From NCBI GenBank assembly GCA_010405405.1, contig MU004238.1, positions 569,530 through 633,529 on the forward strand: a DNA stretch of 64,000 nucleotides, in the 5' to 3' direction. Within the stretch, counting starts at the first letter, position 1. Each line of letters begins with the position of its first letter. Source of the DNA: Microthyrium microscopicum (taxonomy: Eukaryota). The translations under genes and the position numbers were made by a program. The notes beneath the pieces are model-generated. The model was given only the letters and a program-made list of their open reading frames with translations, did not search any database and was not told the DNA's origin. Below, piece after piece: positions 23,493-35,578 of this stretch.

Positions 23493-25192
23493 ATGTCTAC
23501 TCCAGGCCCAGGTCGTGGTCGTGGTCGAGGCACTGGCCCTAGGCCAGTCATTGCGCCTAGAGGACGTGGTCGTCGCACCCAGGCCGAACGTGACAAGCAC
23601 GCGGAGGAAGAACGGGCCCGAAATCGTGATCGCGATGAGGAATATCAGAAAGTTCAAAAAGCACAGGAAGCCGCGATCAAAAGAGAAGAGAATATCAAGC
23701 GACGGGCTTTACAGAACAAAAGAGGGGGGCGTGGTGGCTTCATGGGTGAAGCCACCCAGCTTCGAGGCGGTGTATTTGCTCAAGGCTCTGCCCCTAATCG
23801 TAAGTTTCGTTCTGGAATCTAGAGGACTCTACTGATTTGGATGATGCAGCCAATCGATTTGGGAGTTATTCACGCTCAGGGGCTACATCAAATCGAGGCC
23901 GGACGGGTGACGCCAAAAACTTTGATTCCATCAAACGAGAAGGAGAGGAAGGTTTTTCGTATTCTCGTACAACCAAACCCGGACGTCTCGAGGAGCAAGC
24001 CAACATCATTTCGTCTGATGATGAAGAAGGTGGTGAGCGTGTCGATATAGATGTCATTGATTTAACAATCGACGAAGACGGAGTGGCCACTCGGATTTCC
24101 GGGTCGCTATTCCCGGTCACAATCGCTCGAGAGGAACATCCCGAAAGAGAACATCAACTCAAGTCCGAGATCAGCGTTGATAAGATCAAAAAGCTAGAAG
24201 ACGACGACATAGATATGCATAGCATACCAATCACCTCAAACAAAAAGGGCAAACAACGCGCCAAAGACGTCGAAATCACTCGTAGCCAGCGTGTATGGCA
24301 AGGAGTCTACGGAGCGAATGCTGATAGCGATTCCATCACGATTAAAGAGGAAGATGACACTGAGACGGTCCCAATATTAGAGGCACTTGATCTCCAACCG
24401 GACACTCCAACGACCGTTGAAGAAAAGACACCAAAACCTCGCGCACGGAGACGACATACCAACGAACCAAGTGGATTCCAGACAACAGAAGACATCAAAG
24501 AATGGGGACGACATCTCGACGATCTTGACGCTATAGTGCATGAGTTGAGCATCAACAAAGACAAACCTGCCACCACTTCCGACGATCCCATCGATGCAGA
24601 TGCCAACAATGCCCAGGCAGATGTCAAGGAGGACCGCGTCTACCTATTCCAATTCCCACCCGTTGTCCCGAATCTCTTCCCCTTTGGCTCTGCGGTGAAA
24701 GAGGAACCGAAAGCCGCTGGCACTGGGCGACAAGCTCCAGCCACAAGCTCGAAAGCAACACCAGCAAAGCCAGCACCTGCTACAGGCTCAAAATCAACTC
24801 CACAGGCCGCACAGCCTACAAACTCCTCCGCTCCTACAGGTGCAGGTACTTCCACAGAAGAAGCCATCCCCGTCAAAGACGACCCCAAAGCACCAAAACC
24901 TCTCTTCCCCGAACGCCCTTCCCATCTCCCTCACCTAACACCCGGCAACGTCGGCAAACTACGCGTATACAAAAGCGGCAAAGCAGCGCTTGACTGGGGC
25001 GGCACTAGCTTACAGCTCAACATGGGTGTGATGCCGTTTTTCTTGCAAGATTCTGTCATGGTCAAACTGAAACCACAGGACTCAGGAGTTAGGGCCAAGG
25101 AACCTCCTTCTGGTGAGGCCATGTCGTTTGGTCAGGTTCGGGGCAAGTTTGTTGTTACTCCTGATTGGGATGAAGTTTTAGGCAAATTCTAA
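23493..25192 (+). CDS. RPC53: RNA polymerase III subunit RPC4/C53
   Basis: Intron 23800-23849 joins two ORFs in frame. C-terminal RPC4 domain: VYLFQFPPVVP...GNVGKLRVYKSGKAALDWG...GQVRGKFVVTPDW. Confidence 0.9.
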
Positions 25193-25414
25193 ATCGGCTT
25201 GGATATCTTGTCACGCAAAGATCCGTGGATGAGATTCAGGGGAAGCTCTTGTGGCCATTGGGTGTGTAAATGTACTTGGATTGTGGATCTTAAAACGTAG
25301 CAAAAGAATTGCTAGTAAAGCTCTATCGCCGCGCAAAAGCAGCCGAAGCATTTGATATATTGTTGATGCAAGTATGATAATACATTGTCCACTAAGCCAG
25401 ATGTTGTTAGAATA

Positions 25415-27907
25415 TCATTTGGCCTTTCTACCTCTAGTCTTCCGCTTGGCAGGTACCGTCTCTGCCACAATCTCAACGTCCCCGTCTTGCGCCGGACTGC
25501 CAGCACTATGAATCTGCGCCATGATCTTCTGTCTGCGCGCTCGCGTTTCATGGTCCTCGTAGATGAGTGCCTGGCTGGGCATCATAGCGCTCACCTCAGC
25601 TTCAGGAATCGTATCAGGCTTCTGCTGCTTGTTCGGCGAGCCGTGTGTACTTGTTTGTCCAGTATCTGTGTTGCTTGACAAGGCACGACCTAATCCACTG
25701 CGTTTTCGGCGCCTCATCTTATCTTGCTCCGCGTCAGTGGCTCGTGGTAGTGCTCGTTTTGCTTCTAGGATAGCCGCTAGGGCACTTTGGATCTGATCTG
25801 ATTTGGCGGACGAGTTTTCTAGCTCGGTAGGGGACTTTGAGGGTGAGCTCGCCTTGGATGGGGAATTAAGCTTTTCTGCGGTGATGTCTTGTAGTGGCGC
25901 GATATTTTCAGTTGGTTTGAGTCGAGCTGAGGAAAGTAGCTCCTCGGTGGGTTTCAAGAGTGTGGACGGTGAGCCTGCTCCTTGTTGGTGCAGGTCTGAA
26001 GCTGGTTTTGGCGACTCCATCATAGGCGGAGCAAATCCGTCGTCATCGTCTGGGAGGAATGGCAGGCGATCAGTCTGTCGTGGCTGAGCGTTGTCTTCTG
26101 ATCGTGCAGCTTTAGATTGGTCGGATATCCTCCGTTCCAGATCTTTTGTTGAGAGAGTTAAAGTTTTGGTAGTTTCGAAGGTAGCAAAACCATCACCAGT
26201 TTGGGACTTTGGCCGAGACGACAGTGGTCGAGAAATGAGGTATCCTTCCTGTGGCATCATTGCATTAGAAGCCATGCACTCCCAGATCCAGGATAGGGAG
26301 ACAATTGGAGCGTTCAGTCGTTTTGCAGCTGCCGCTCTGTCCGCTTTGGGTGTTGGCGTGCCCGAAACAAGTATTGATAAGCCTTTTTTGAGCGATTCCT
26401 GATATGTGCCTCCCCAAAGTGCAATAACTCTCGATAGCTGAAGACGTTGGATTCCCTCTAATCCGGTGGAGCTGACCACGACGTTCTCAAAATCGGGTAT
26501 TTTACCTTGGTAGAACGGCCTGAGAAAGGTGTGTTCTGCCGGGGAGAACAATCTCTTGCTCTGGAGACAGGACTCCACCCACCACTCAATCACTCTCGGT
26601 ATGTCACGGAGGGGCTTTGGGATAGGAGACAGGCTGTCTATTGGTTGATCGCTTGGTATCAAGAGATAGGGGTTTCTCTCCACAAAATCACCATCAATCT
26701 CAGCGAATTTGTTAGTGGTTATAATCGTAGCTCCATTGGAAGTGAGGTATTCCTGGAGGATTATCAACTAGGTGGAATGTCAGTATTAGGCGCTGCAGAT
26801 AATCATCAAACATACCTTCACTGCCGGAAAATCGTGGACGTAAATTGTGCAGCCAGAAAATAACGCGCCTTTAGATTTTGGTATTACTTTGCGCATGGAT
26901 GCTTGATCCTCCGCAATATTTGGCACATTGATAGGCGCATCGATGGCTTTCTTCGACTGATCTAGCACCTGCTCCAAAGCAGCAGGCTCCTCGACGAAAG
27001 TCTCCGAGTTCCAGTGGTTGATTTGACGTTCGGCAATTGGCATTGCTGCAATATCAGCCCAGATGGCCTCTTGATGATTGCTCAGTTTGGTGCTGACCGT
27101 TCGTCTTATCTTGCGTCGTCCAGAAGCCGCTGCTACTGCGTCTTCATCTCTAGCCCGTTTACCTGGGGATGGAGGAGTCGGTACAAAGTTTTTGTTCCAG
27201 GCATTTTTGCCTCGCTGAGTTGGCGGGAGTTGAAGGTCATAGAGCTTTTCATCCAGGGCCATCCCGCGTTCAATGGAATCGTAGAGCCACTCCTCGCTGA
27301 CGGCATGGATTTGCCATCTTGGTGCCATAAGATACTTCTTGCCAGTCGCAGATCGTGCCAATAGATGAGTAGTCGTATTTCGGGAAAGGTCGCCATCGTA
27401 GTTTGCGCCATATGACTTGATTGTTGAAATGACTTGCTCGCGCTCAGCAGCTATAATGAGGCGATTAGTACGTTATCTCCAGAAGATATTGTGCCTTACT
27501 GTTGGTAAACCCAGTTAATGAAATTGATAAGCCGTACAAGGCAGGCGCCTTATGATCTCCTTCAAACTTGGGAAGATCTATCTTCCCGTTCACTTTCCAT
27601 ACTTCTAGCAGGGCGTCTATGAAAGCAGGCAGTACTACTTTGATGTCGGGTCGTTCCTTGGCGACGTAGTGATATTTGAGGGTCTTGTTTTCGCCGATAA
27701 CCAGATGAGTATTCTCAATGGTGAGATCAAAGGTGCATGCTGCTCCCAACTCTCTAGCGATTCGATGCATGCGGTCTCTTTCTTCGGTTTGTAGTCCACT
27801 GCAGCATAGGACCACACCAGTTAGTGGAGCCTGTCCACGGGCTAGAGTGAATGTCAATATAAATCAGGGGGCATTCGCAAACTCAGCTTACCTTGGTCTA
27901 CTGGCAT
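25415..27907 (-). CDS. DPB11: Multi-BRCT replication/checkpoint scaffold Dpb11/Rad4(Cut5)/TopBP1, 4 exons
   Basis: Four BRCT-like repeats: PLTGVVLCCSGL...THLVIG...KYHYV, LYGLSISLTGF...VSEEWLYDSIERGMALDE, FSGCTIYVHDF...IEWWVESCL, VVSSTGLEG...PIVSLSWIWEC. Only ATG 27907 (MPVDQ|ARGQAPL) is in frame across intron 27842-27891. Confidence 0.85.
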
Positions 27908-28088
27908 TATTTCGGGCCATACAAGAGTCAATATGAGTGGCGCACTAGTACGAGTGGTAGGTTGTTGCGGGACTTTGGTGTAATCTGGAGCTCTAGATGA
28001 TGGGAGTCGAAAAAACTAATGATATCAATTGCACCAAAGTGACAATCATCTGGAGCGACGTGTTTTGTGGCTTGCAAGTTCGAGGGCG

Positions 28089-28094
28089 ACGCGT
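28089..28094. promoter_or_regulatory. MCB element upstream of DPB11
   Basis: GCGACGCGTT about 180 nt upstream of the start. The 9-mer CGACGCGTT also occurs, inverted, at the POL2 site. Confidence 0.4.
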
Positions 28095-30825
28095 TGGAAC
28101 CTGGCCAATTGAAATCAGATATTAGCTGGAGTTTCCTACAGTCACGTGAATCCGATTAAAATCAGCTGCAATTGGTGGAGAGCTTCCCCGCATCAAGCAG
28201 TATTGAATTCTTTGGATTTTAATTGGCTATTTTCTATCACCATACCAGCAGTGAACCACACGCAATATCAAATCCAACGACAGTGACATATGGGCCAGAA
28301 AAAAGACGTTGATCTTTGCCGTTACTACATGTTGACCAACATTACCATCCTAGAGGTAATACTAAGATCTTTGAGCAATGAACATCTAGATACTGCCACA
28401 GGCGTTAGAATGAGAGATGATTTGATTGTGACACGCCAAATAACTAAGGATGATGAGATCCTGAGCAAGCTTTGAGTTCTCCCAGCTTGTCGGGTATATG
28501 GGTCAGCATTTGTAGTTGCTGCCCTGCTGATTATTACTGCAGCCCATGGCTAAAATTGATAGCAGTGCAGATCATCCGATGTCCCTTCTCGTGCGACATC
28601 ATACCGATTTTCGGCTTCAACTACAAAGGATCCATACCTAGGTAGATCCAGTTCGGCCCACTCGCATTGGTTATGGCAGATGGAATTTTCAAAACGCATC
28701 AGTAAGTTCTTGCATTCTGCCGCCTGCTTCCGGAGGATGAAGGTATCCATTGAGTGGATCCTTTTTGCATTGTGGTACATACCATGGTGGTATGCATAGG
28801 GCTGTTTTCCAAGCTTCTGTGGAAAGGAAATTGAGAGGTTCAGAACTGTTTAGAGAAATAACAATCGGCGTGCCAGCTGGCAGAAGAAATTGAAATAGAG
28901 CCGTCGCAAATACGCCGTCAGACCGTGCACTATATACGGACACGACACCGTACGCTTGCTTATGCGCTAGGTGGTTGTTGTCGCGAGTGATCAAGATCTC
29001 GGCGCAAAATCAAGGAAACACGAAACACAGGACCAAAAGCAAAAAGGGACATAGTTCGGTAACGAGTAGTACCGTCTCTATCGACATTACTTTTACGCAT
29101 TGTCAGTTGCAGATATACCAATTGTAGAGTGGTATCGATACGCCACCAGCTGATTTTGATGCGCTCGAATAATTCTCTACACTACTCCGTACTTTGTTGT
29201 AGACTGTAGTATTGTTTATTATTTGAAATTCAGCGAATGGTAGTGGCCGGCAGCAACGGAAGTGCAACGTAAGTTAGCGGGAGCAGTAGCTGCGTTTGGC
29301 TACGTTTCCTTGCAACGGCTTGGAAGTTGAGATTGAGTTTGTTGTTTTAGCGCATCTGAGGCACTGAGCCTATTTCTATGACGGCTTGGCAAGCAGAAAC
29401 ACTCGACAAGAATAGCCCAAAGAAGTCATCGAGAAGCCAGATTAACCTATCATGGGAAGTCTTGGCCGGTTTCCATCCCTCACCAACATTCCGCAGCCCA
29501 CGCACGAATGCAGCAGTAGTTAGGCGGGATAGTATTTTATGTTAGCGGCACTGCGGCAGCAGATCTTGAATCTTGATCTTGTTGGCGCTGTTCACACTAC
29601 CGTACGGACTACGGAGTACTGTACTGTACTCGGTATTGCTCCGCTGCAAACGACATCTCGCAGCAAAAGAGTGGGGAGCGCCACTGATGTAATCGACTGC
29701 TCCCCCTTGGACCTTTTTCCCTCGATTCCAGTTCGCTACTGGTATCTGGAGTGGTGTTACTGGCCTGGCAGTACCCATGAACACGCGCGAGACTCGGATA
29801 TCTTGGTGGGTTGGTTGTTGGCCGCGTTTGCGTCGTATGATGGTCTTGTAGTAGGTAAACAAGTAGTGGTTGGTCGTGTGGCCGTATACAAATCATCTGC
29901 ATTGGCCCTGTAATACATAGTACATAACCAAATAACCTCGCGCCTTTGGTCCTTGGTCTTTACTCTAGTCCTTGCTCTTCCACATTGATCGTCCAACATC
30001 CATCTCCCAATATATCCGCATCTCGCCTCATCATCCATATACACACATACACATACAGTACAACTCTGCCAGCGCATGCAATTCTAGCTTTTCGCCATAA
30101 CATCCAAGTTGCAAAGTTGGTCATGGTTATTCAAGCATCTTGCATGTTGCTCTGACCGCTGCTCGATACCTGCTCCAATCCAAAAGTCGCTCTTTCGTCT
30201 CACATCGTGCCGACTGGTTTCAAACACACACGCTTGACGCTTCTGCACTTTTCTTCCCGTCGCAGACAGGGCTTCTTCCAGGCTTCTACGCTGCTCCCAG
30301 AGTCCCCCGGGCCATCATTTGCTTTCGGCCTTGCTTGCTCTCTCGCCCAGAGTGCCCGGACTGCCTTGAGTCCTTGACTGCTCCAGTCGTGTGCCGGCCT
30401 CCCAAGCGCATAACCAAGTGTCTCGCACGGAGCTATCGTCGTTGTTTTCCAACCCTGGATGTTGCGAAAGCTCACTCGCTGGTACGCTTCCGAGAAATCA
30501 ATCTGCGGCTCCTTGTTTGATCTGATCAATTACTCTTCCATCGGCCTGGTAAGTTTAGTCCTGATTCCCTAAGCCGCATCCCCATGTCCTCGTCTTTGTT
30601 CCTTTTTATTCCCCTATCTGCTGTTGCTGTTTTTTTCCCTGTCCATATTTGCGCCTTCCCTCGCATGATTTCTGCCTATCCCTTCCTTCCCTGGTTGAAT
30701 TAATTTTCTGGGTCTGCGAATGTACTGCTCATTGTCATCATCTCAATTCCCCTGCCTCTAATCGGCCATTTGCCTCGTTGCTCGACTTGCCATTCGGCTT
30801 TGTCAAATATTCATTCTCCGCAACA

Positions 30826-33553
30826 ATGCAGTCGTATGGACATTCAAGCTCACAACAGGCATTAGCAGGCTATATCCAAGTGAACGGTGCCCGCGGCCGT
30901 CTTATCTATCTTCCCGAAAGCATACATCGAGCCATCAATCTCGAAGAAACTCCGGTTCCGCCAGTCTTCCAAGGACGATCTGTTCGACCCCATCGCATTC
31001 ATATTGCCCGAGTTGCCGGCAGTCCCTATTCCTCTAAGAAAGAAAGGAAAAGTGCTCGAAGCACTGTCTCTGTATTTTTTGGTAAACTGGCGGGCTCAAA
31101 AGGGAAGCGTTTTTTTCGCTCTTTCGTTGCCTCTCCGGAGAGTCTGAAATCAGAACCCCCTAAAGAACCACCAAAACCAGCGCCGAAACCCGACAAGCCG
31201 AAGCCTAGAAGGCCAATTTCTTGGGCGCCGGGCGCAACACCAGGGGAGCCATTGTGGCAAAGAAGACCATTACATCTACGCAGAGATCTTAGCTTCAAGC
31301 GGAGGTCAACAACAGACATAATGCGAACAAGTAATATCAGACAGTCTGTTCTGGAGCCATTTGGCAACAGTTCACTGGTTATCAATGAGGAAGCCAACCA
31401 TTCGTCTCCCAATCTACTTCCCAACACTGGTCAAAGGATACCTGATGAGAAGCCAATTGCCAGTGGAAATGGAGTTAGCATGGCTATAGCACTTGCTGAA
31501 CCAGTATTATTCTTACAGGGATTTGAGCATGGCGATCTAGCTGCAAATCGAAGCACAGCAATGCTTCGCGGAAGTCTGCACCTGAAAGTCACGAAGCCTA
31601 TCAAGATAAAGACTGTGAGCTTGAGATTCAACGGCAAGGCGATAACACGGTGGCCTGAGGGTAAGCAAACGTCTCTATTACTTTTTAAACTCCAAACGCT
31701 AACTTTACAGGCATTCCACCAAAGAAACAAGAATTCGATGAAGTCAACACTATCATGAGCCATACCTGGCCTTTTTTCAACGCCCAATTTCCCACAGCAG
31801 AACTCAGCACAGGTGCGGACCATGTCGAGCTGCAGAATAAGCAAGAACCACAAATTCAGGCCAAAAGAGGCTCGTTGGACATGAGAGATCTTCTGAGGAA
31901 AGCAAATTCCTCAAACCCCAGCCTCTCAAGGGAAGACCAGCGAGACAAGCGATTGTCTCTTCAAGTCGGTGGAGATTCGAGAAGCTTTGGAAAGGCAGAT
32001 AATTCTGGAAGCTCAAGCGTTTCCCAGAGAGGCTACAAAACATTCCAACCCGGTGACTATATCTACAATTTCGAGCTTCCTTTGGATAGTCATCTCCCGG
32101 AAACGATTGATGTCGATCTGGGTGCGGTAAAATACGAGCTGGAGGCCAGCCTAGAAAGAGCTGGCACTTTCAAAGCAAATCTATTGGGTACGAAAGAAGT
32201 AGTTGTCATCCGAACCCCTGCCGAAGGATCCCTAGAACAGGTCGAGCCTATCGCTATTTCCCGTAATTGGGACGATCAGCTTCATTATGACATTGTTATT
32301 TCTGGCAAATCATTTCCCCTAGGATCAACGATACCCATTGCTTTCAAGCTGACTCCGCTGGCCAAAGTTCATTGTCACCGAATTAAAGTCTACGTGACGG
32401 AGGCCGTGGAGTACTTTTGTGCAAATAAAAGAGTTCATAGAACGGAACCCGCGCGGAAAATATTACTTTTCGAGAAAAGGTCAGACGGGCCACCAGTCAG
32501 CACTTTCCCCGGAAGTACAATGCGCATTATCAGTGGAGGAGGAGTGCCATATGACATGAGAGCAGCTGCTGCCCGAGGTGAACCTGTGCCTGGTATTGAT
32601 CCAAACAATCTCCTTGGAAACCTAGAGAACCACGATCGAGGAATCGGTCCGACTGAGATGGAACTTAACGTCCAGTTACCGACCTGTGCCGCAATGGGTG
32701 GCATAAAAGACAAGCAATCCAAAATGCACTTTGATACGACATACTCCAATATCCGGGTGCATCACTGGATCAAGGTATAATATTTGAGCACATAGTTTAC
32801 AGCAGTCTCTAACCATTTTCCTAGATTGTTCTTCGACTATCAAAACCAGACGCAATCGATCCAAGCAAACGACGACACTTCGAGATATCCATTGACTCTC
32901 CATTCCACATTCTATCATGTCGAGCTACGCAAGCCAATACCTCTCTTCCTGCGTACTCTGGCCCCGATCCACACGCATCTCAGGGAAATCTCGCTGATTG
33001 TGGTTGCCCAGGCGCTCCACGGCGTCGATCATCACCTACATCATTCATGCCCGGTTTAGGTACCTTTGGTTCCCAATCGCCGCATCCCGGATCAGCCCGG
33101 AACTCTACCGACTTCTCACCGGATTACTCGCAGCGAGCTCCGTCACTGCAACCGCCTCCAATGGCACATTTATCGGGAGATTCATCTCCTCTTCCTCCAA
33201 ACAGTCCAACTAGCCACGCGGCTCCACGACCAATGCATATCATTCGCGCTCCATCATTTAACCCACCCGCTTTTGACGACGAAGACCCTCCACCACCACT
33301 TATGACACCCCCTCCGCAATACGACTCCATTGCGAGTCCCACCACCGGTTTATCCGACTACTTTGCGCGCCTGAGTGACGCATATGCTTCCGATACGGGC
33401 ACAGACACTGGCTCCGAGGACCTAGCCATGCTAGAAGTAGAGCCAGAAGGCATGCGCACTCCACGGCAGCGAAACAGCGTTGAGCTTGTTGGCCCTTCAG
33501 CACCACCACCCGCTGCTCCGGCTGCAGCAGGCGCAGTAGGAAGCTGGATTTAA
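30826..33553 (+). CDS. Alpha-arrestin, Rsp5/HECT adaptor (Aly1/Aly2-like); start uncertain
   Basis: ASGNGVSMAIALAEPVLFLQGF...LRGSLHLKV...WPEG|IPP, FQPGDYIYNFELP, EPIAISRNWDDQLHYDIVISGK, IRVHHWIK|IVLRLSK...FEISIDSPFHILSC, with LPAY and PPQY PY-motifs. Introns at ~31661-31710 and ~32775-32824. Alternative ATG at 31321. Confidence 0.88.
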
Positions 33554-34237
33554 GTCTGTAACAACTTTGTAATGTTTTTTTGGTAGATCATGTTTTGAGC
33601 TACGATTTTATGGTTCCTATGAGAGACGAACAACTGCATTGCAAGAGGCATTATTTTGATCAAAGCATAAGACTGTCTGTTGGCAGCTTTTCTGAAAACT
33701 TATACGCGACGCGTGTGTAGACTGTAGATAGTAATGGCATAGTAGTATATTTTGCTTACGAGTAACTTTGCATTGGTAACTGTTCCTTGAAGCTATAAGT
33801 TCAGGTAGTATAAGGGATCGAGCCAGATGAATTCCCCATGCGTGTGATATTCCCAAGGATGCCATGTGGTACTTAACGTGCTACATGTTAGAAGATTCAA
33901 GATATTCTCAGCCTCCGTTTCATGTCATGGAATCGTGGCGGTAGATCATGTACATTGTCAGCCTTGTCCCACACAGACCATACGCCATGGTTGTGGGGTG
34001 CATTGAAACTCTCCGAAAACATCAACATCACTCCATCACTCCATCGCGGATTTCTCCGTGCTCTACCTGGTAAGCTCCGACATCGTCCATCACCCTTTTC
34101 AAAAATCAAGCAACATCTTGAACCTAAGATCGACAACAACAATTGACTCTCACCACCACCAGTTCTCCCCCAATATACCACCACTCACCCATCTCTCACC
34201 ACATACCGCCCCACCAGCATCACAACTAGACAAAAAA

Positions 34238-35356
34238 ATGTCCAGCCCCCAACAATTCACAATCGGCACCCGCCGCTCCGCCCTCGCCCGCGTCCAAACA
34301 GACCTCGTCGCCGCCTCTCTAAAAACCCACTATCCATCCCTAGAAATCTCCATCCACGCCATGGATCCGCTCGGCGATCGCGATAAAACGACCGCCCTAT
34401 ACAAGCTCTCCGACCAACTAACCCACGGTTCCCCCTCCATTTCTGGCGCCGCAGCAGCAAAAAGCGTATGGACAGGCGAATTCGAAGAACTCCTAGCAGC
34501 AAAGAAGCTCCACGCGATAGTACATTCCCTGAAAGACATGGCGACTTCCTCACCAGAAGGTCTTATTCTAGGCGCTGTGTTGGAGCGCGCCGATCCACGC
34601 GATGCGCTCTGTCTACCGGAAGGTCATAGCCTGGGACGTGGAAATGCACAAAGTCTGCTCAAGAAATTGGGACCTGGTGCGATTGTAGGAACGTCTTCGC
34701 TGCGCCGTATCGCGCAGTTAAGGCGTGGCTATCCACAACTGAGATTCGAGGTCGCGCGTGGAAACGTGCCGACGCGGCTGCGGAAACTTGATGAGCCGGA
34801 GAGCTTTGAGGGCGGAGTGAAATATGCGGCGCTTATATTAGCGGCCGCTGGGCTCATTCGGCTGGACTTGGGCGATCGCATTGACGCGTATTTGTCGGGC
34901 GAGGAAGAACATGGTGGGATGTTATATGCGGTTGGACAGGGTGCGATAGGCATCCAGGTACGTGAAGATGATGCGGAGACGAGAGCGATGTTGGAGAAGA
35001 TCAATCACTCTGCTACGTGGTTGGCTATTCATGCGGAGAGGGCATTACTGCGCGCTCTGGAGGGAGGATGTAGTGTGCCCATTGGTGTGGAGGCCAGTTG
35101 GAAGGGAACTGTGTTGGTATTGAGGGCGGTGGTGGTTAGTGTGGATGGCCAGAATTCAGTGGAGGTTGAGGAGGAGGCTGAAGTTACGACGGTACCGCAA
35201 GCTGAGCTTCTGGGTATGAAGATTGCGGGTTTCTTGGTGGATAATGGGGCTAGTGGGATTCTTGATGCTATCAACGAGGAACGGCGAAAAGAGCGTGAAG
35301 AGGAAGAGGCAAAGTTTGTTGAGGAGCCGGCTCAGGAGGGCGCTCAAGCTGCATAG
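34238..35356 (+). CDS. HEM3: Porphobilinogen deaminase (hydroxymethylbilane synthase)
   Basis: IGTRRSALARVQT, VHSLKDM, ERADPRDAL, GTSSLRRIAQL, RGNVPTRLRKLD, AVGQGAIG, and the cofactor Cys in LEGGCSVPIG. Confidence 0.96.
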   Translation: MSSPQQFTIGTRRSALARVQTDLVAASLKTHYPSLEISIHAMDPLGDRDKTTALYKLSDQLTHGSPSISGAAAAKSVWTGEFEELLAAKKLHAIVHSLKDMATSSPEGLILGAVLERADPRDALCLPEGHSLGRGNAQSLLKKLGPGAIVGTSSLRRIAQLRRGYPQLRFEVARGNVPTRLRKLDEPESFEGGVKYAALILAAAGLIRLDLGDRIDAYLSGEEEHGGMLYAVGQGAIGIQVREDDAETRAMLEKINHSATWLAIHAERALLRALEGGCSVPIGVEASWKGTVLVLRAVVVSVDGQNSVEVEEEAEVTTVPQAELLGMKIAGFLVDNGASGILDAINEERRKEREEEEAKFVEEPAQEGAQAA

Positions 35357-35578
35357 AGTGACCAGTCGTATAGACTCATAGACTCTTGTAAGATAATCAA
35401 GAAATGATAATGTAAATATGACTGTAGGTTCATGACAATATTCATTAGCAACTAGGTATGTATAGGAAAAAGCGAAACTATATACTCGGCATGAGCGTTA
35501 AGACAAGAAAACAATTTTAACATCTACACTCTCCAACATGAGCTGGGGTATCATTACGTCGAACTTTTGACCATCATT

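Noticed and set aside
28290..28475. 61-aa ORF ending in SKL (peroxisomal PTS1)
   Set aside because: Short and without homology cues; one SKL ending among hundreds of spurious ORFs is plausible by chance.
28380..29000. Possible snoRNA host or small spliced gene (ATGATGA...CTGA, several GTATG donors on the minus strand)
   Set aside because: C and D boxes are too close together, and I could not establish a terminal stem, an rRNA guide or a coherent ORF.
29183..29618. Inverted TACTCCGTA / TACGGAGTA pair as MITE ends
   Set aside because: Only 9 nt, within low-complexity TAC/GTA-rich sequence common in fungal intergenic DNA; no second copy of the interior was seen.
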